DNA of 64,000 nt, from positions 15,267,480 through 15,331,479 of the forward strand of contig CM121342.1 of the NCBI GenBank assembly GCA_051530055.1, in the 5' to 3' direction. The notes beneath the pieces are model-generated. The model searched no databases. It saw only the letters and a list, made by a program, of their open reading frames with translations, and had not been told where the DNA came from. This DNA comes from Neoechinorhynchus agilis. Lineage: Eukaryota > Animalia > Acanthocephala. Positions 61,757-64,000 of this stretch are shown one piece after another. The position numbers and the translations under genes are program-made. Position 1 is the first letter of the stretch. Every line of letters starts with the position of its first letter.

Positions 61757-64000
61757 ATGACCAATCAGAGTTTTGGCGCAAGCGGCGATCCTTCCTGCAA
61801 TTTAAATCAAGGTATATTTTATATCGTATTGATTCGTCGCTGATTGATTTTGATGCACATCAGATGATTCTCGTTTCGTACAAGGGCGTATAAATCAGCT
61901 GGGAGGGCATTTCGTGAATGGGCGACCTCTTCCACCGCACGTCCGTAAAAGCATTGTGGAATTGTCACAAGAAGGAGTAAAGCCGTGCGATATTAGTAGG
62001 ATACTCAGAGTCAGTCACGGATGTGTAAGTAAAATCTTAAACAGGTAAATATTTTTGTCTAAAGTATCGATTTTTTTCCTTAAAAATAAAAAAGATTTAA
62101 TGCGACTGGCAGTATAATGCCCGGATCGCATGGAATTAATAAGCTAGAAGCATTGCACCCAGCAGTTATTGAGCAAGTAGTTATGCTTCACTATGAGCAC
62201 GAAGGAGATATAAGTGCACAGAATATCCGAAAAGCGTTGGTTGAACGAAGAATCTGCTCAGAGGCTGACGCACCTACAACAAGTCTTATCAATCGAATCA
62301 TAAAAGATTACGCATTACAAGGTATTTAAAATGAAAATACTGAGTTTAGTTTAAAGCACGGAGCATTTTAGACCCCAACGACATGGGTGGTGAAAGTCGA
62401 GTCGATGGCCGTGCAAGGCGTCGCCGTAACCGAACCAATTTTACCTCTGAACAGTTGCATATTTTGGAGTCAAATTTCCAACTGGAAAGGTATCCGGGTG
62501 CTAATTCGAGAGACGATATTGCAAGAAGGACGGGTCTTTCTGAGTCCACTGTTCAGGTATGGTTTAGTAATAGAAGAGCAAGGGAAAGGAAAGGAGAGCA
62601 AGTATTAAGAATGGGTCAAATGGTACCTCAGCAACCACCACGAGATGATCTTAGATATTTTGATCCAGCCCGCTACCATGAAATGAATCCACCAGATTGG
62701 CTGCTTCATAATATACAACCTGGCCATCCTCATCTTATGCCGAACATAGTAGAGATTCCTGCAATGGTGACAATCGAAAACCAACCGACGATGAATCCAG
62801 TTGATGCAACTCTTGGTTTAAACAACAGCTTCGTTATTGGGAATAATCAACAAAATTTGTACAATCAATACCAACCAAACCTTCAAAATTGTACTTTAAA
62901 CAGGCATGTAAATTCAAGCTATGTGCCCACCAGGAGGCGAACTGTGCAGTCAGACAACGATGCTCAAATAATCACATTGGACGATAATCAAAGTGATAAT
63001 TCAAACCAAGCCTCAAACCAGCATCAAAGTGGAACAAGTTCAACATCGATATCAGCTACAGACGAAACAATGAGTCCTAATGATCAAGAACATCAACGCC
63101 AAAACGTAACGGAGCGCCAGAACCTTCATCTATCACAATACAATCAATCGATGATGCAGTATGGCAATAAAAAACACCCAATAGCAGAAAACGCAGTAAA
63201 CGAATACCAAAATGATGGACGAAATCAATCGTCAATTTCAGCGTCAATCCATGTTCCAAGAAATGCTGAATATACTGATAATGAGACGAGCCAACAATAC
63301 CGCGTTTATAATGAGAGAGGTGAATTTCAGAAATACAGAGAGAATCAATCTCGAGTTCACAATAAATCTGCAGACAATCAAAATGAAACCTTTCGTAGAA
63401 TTAAAACGTTTTCTCATCAAACAAAATCGATTCAAACTGATGTGAGTGGAGCGACGAATCAATACGATTCTCGTAATCGTTCAGGTGAGTTCCAAAATTT
63501 CGAGACTAACAGCAAACGGCGCCGTTTGGAAAATGATGATGCTGAAACCAATAATAACCAACAAGCAGCGATGCAAAATCGTGATCCACTGCAGTTAGTT
63601 TTTGACGATGTTAAAAGATTATCGAAAAAGTACAATGTTCGTGATCCCGCTGGCGAATTTCAAGACTACAACGAATATCAAGTACCTTATCACTTGGGTA
63701 ATACTGACCCTCGGCAGTATGATTACCGTGAAAGAACGAATTTCAATGTTCATCAGGGAATGACTGATCAGACGCACAAAAGACGAGGTTCATACAGAAA
63801 TTCTAAAGAACATCAATCGCGACGCCAGAAAGACACATGCGATTCTAATAGAAACATCAATAAACGCCACAAAAGGAATCAGAATATTCATAATCAACAA
63901 CCTGCAATCGAAAATTCGCCTGGGTTTCGACAGTACGGAGTTTACTACCATCCAGAATTTTACTTTCCTGACGGTGAAGTCGGATTCTACAAAGACAAAC
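61757..64000 (+). CDS. Pax3/7: Pax3/7-like factor, copy 2; exons 61757-61811, 61864-62044, 62095-62321, 62357 to beyond 64000 (truncated by window)
   Basis: [26 protein letters not shown]...[10 protein letters not shown]; RRRNRTNFT...[13 protein letters not shown]; frame stays open to the window end, which is why the ORF track omits it. Confidence 0.9.

Noticed and set aside
1-64000. CRISPR arrays, rRNA or prokaryotic operons
   Set aside because: None seen; the window is intron-containing animal DNA, and its tandem repeats are coding units without unique spacers.

Overview
AT-rich genomic DNA from an animal (invertebrate-like; species not identifiable from the sequence), with very short GT-AG introns (mostly 35-65 bp). 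Conserved genes: TMEM45-like, a claudin-like tetraspan, eIF5B, a divergent aromatic amino acid hydroxylase, the N-terminal half of an OSBP-related protein, NAA20, VPS72/YL1 and two tandem Pax3/7-like genes (the second runs off the window end). At 5805-19391 lies a 13.6-kb inverted duplication with ~4.5-kb near-identical arms. It holds secreted-protein genes, and its spacer holds two convergent paralogues that share an identical leader but have strongly diverged mature regions, one with a Gln/Tyr-rich higher-order repeat. The rest is dense in decayed retroelements (Ty3/gypsy, RTE, CR1/L2-like, CRE-like RLE elements, Penelope-like) and foldback/MITE elements. At least eight minimal Penelope-type hammerhead ribozyme motifs are present. 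The most striking observation is a separate three-copy repeat family whose hammerhead core strands lie in a non-circularly permuted order, complete in the copy at 53523-53586. Exon boundaries, RNA pairings and family assignments were made by eye; no searches or folding programs were run.
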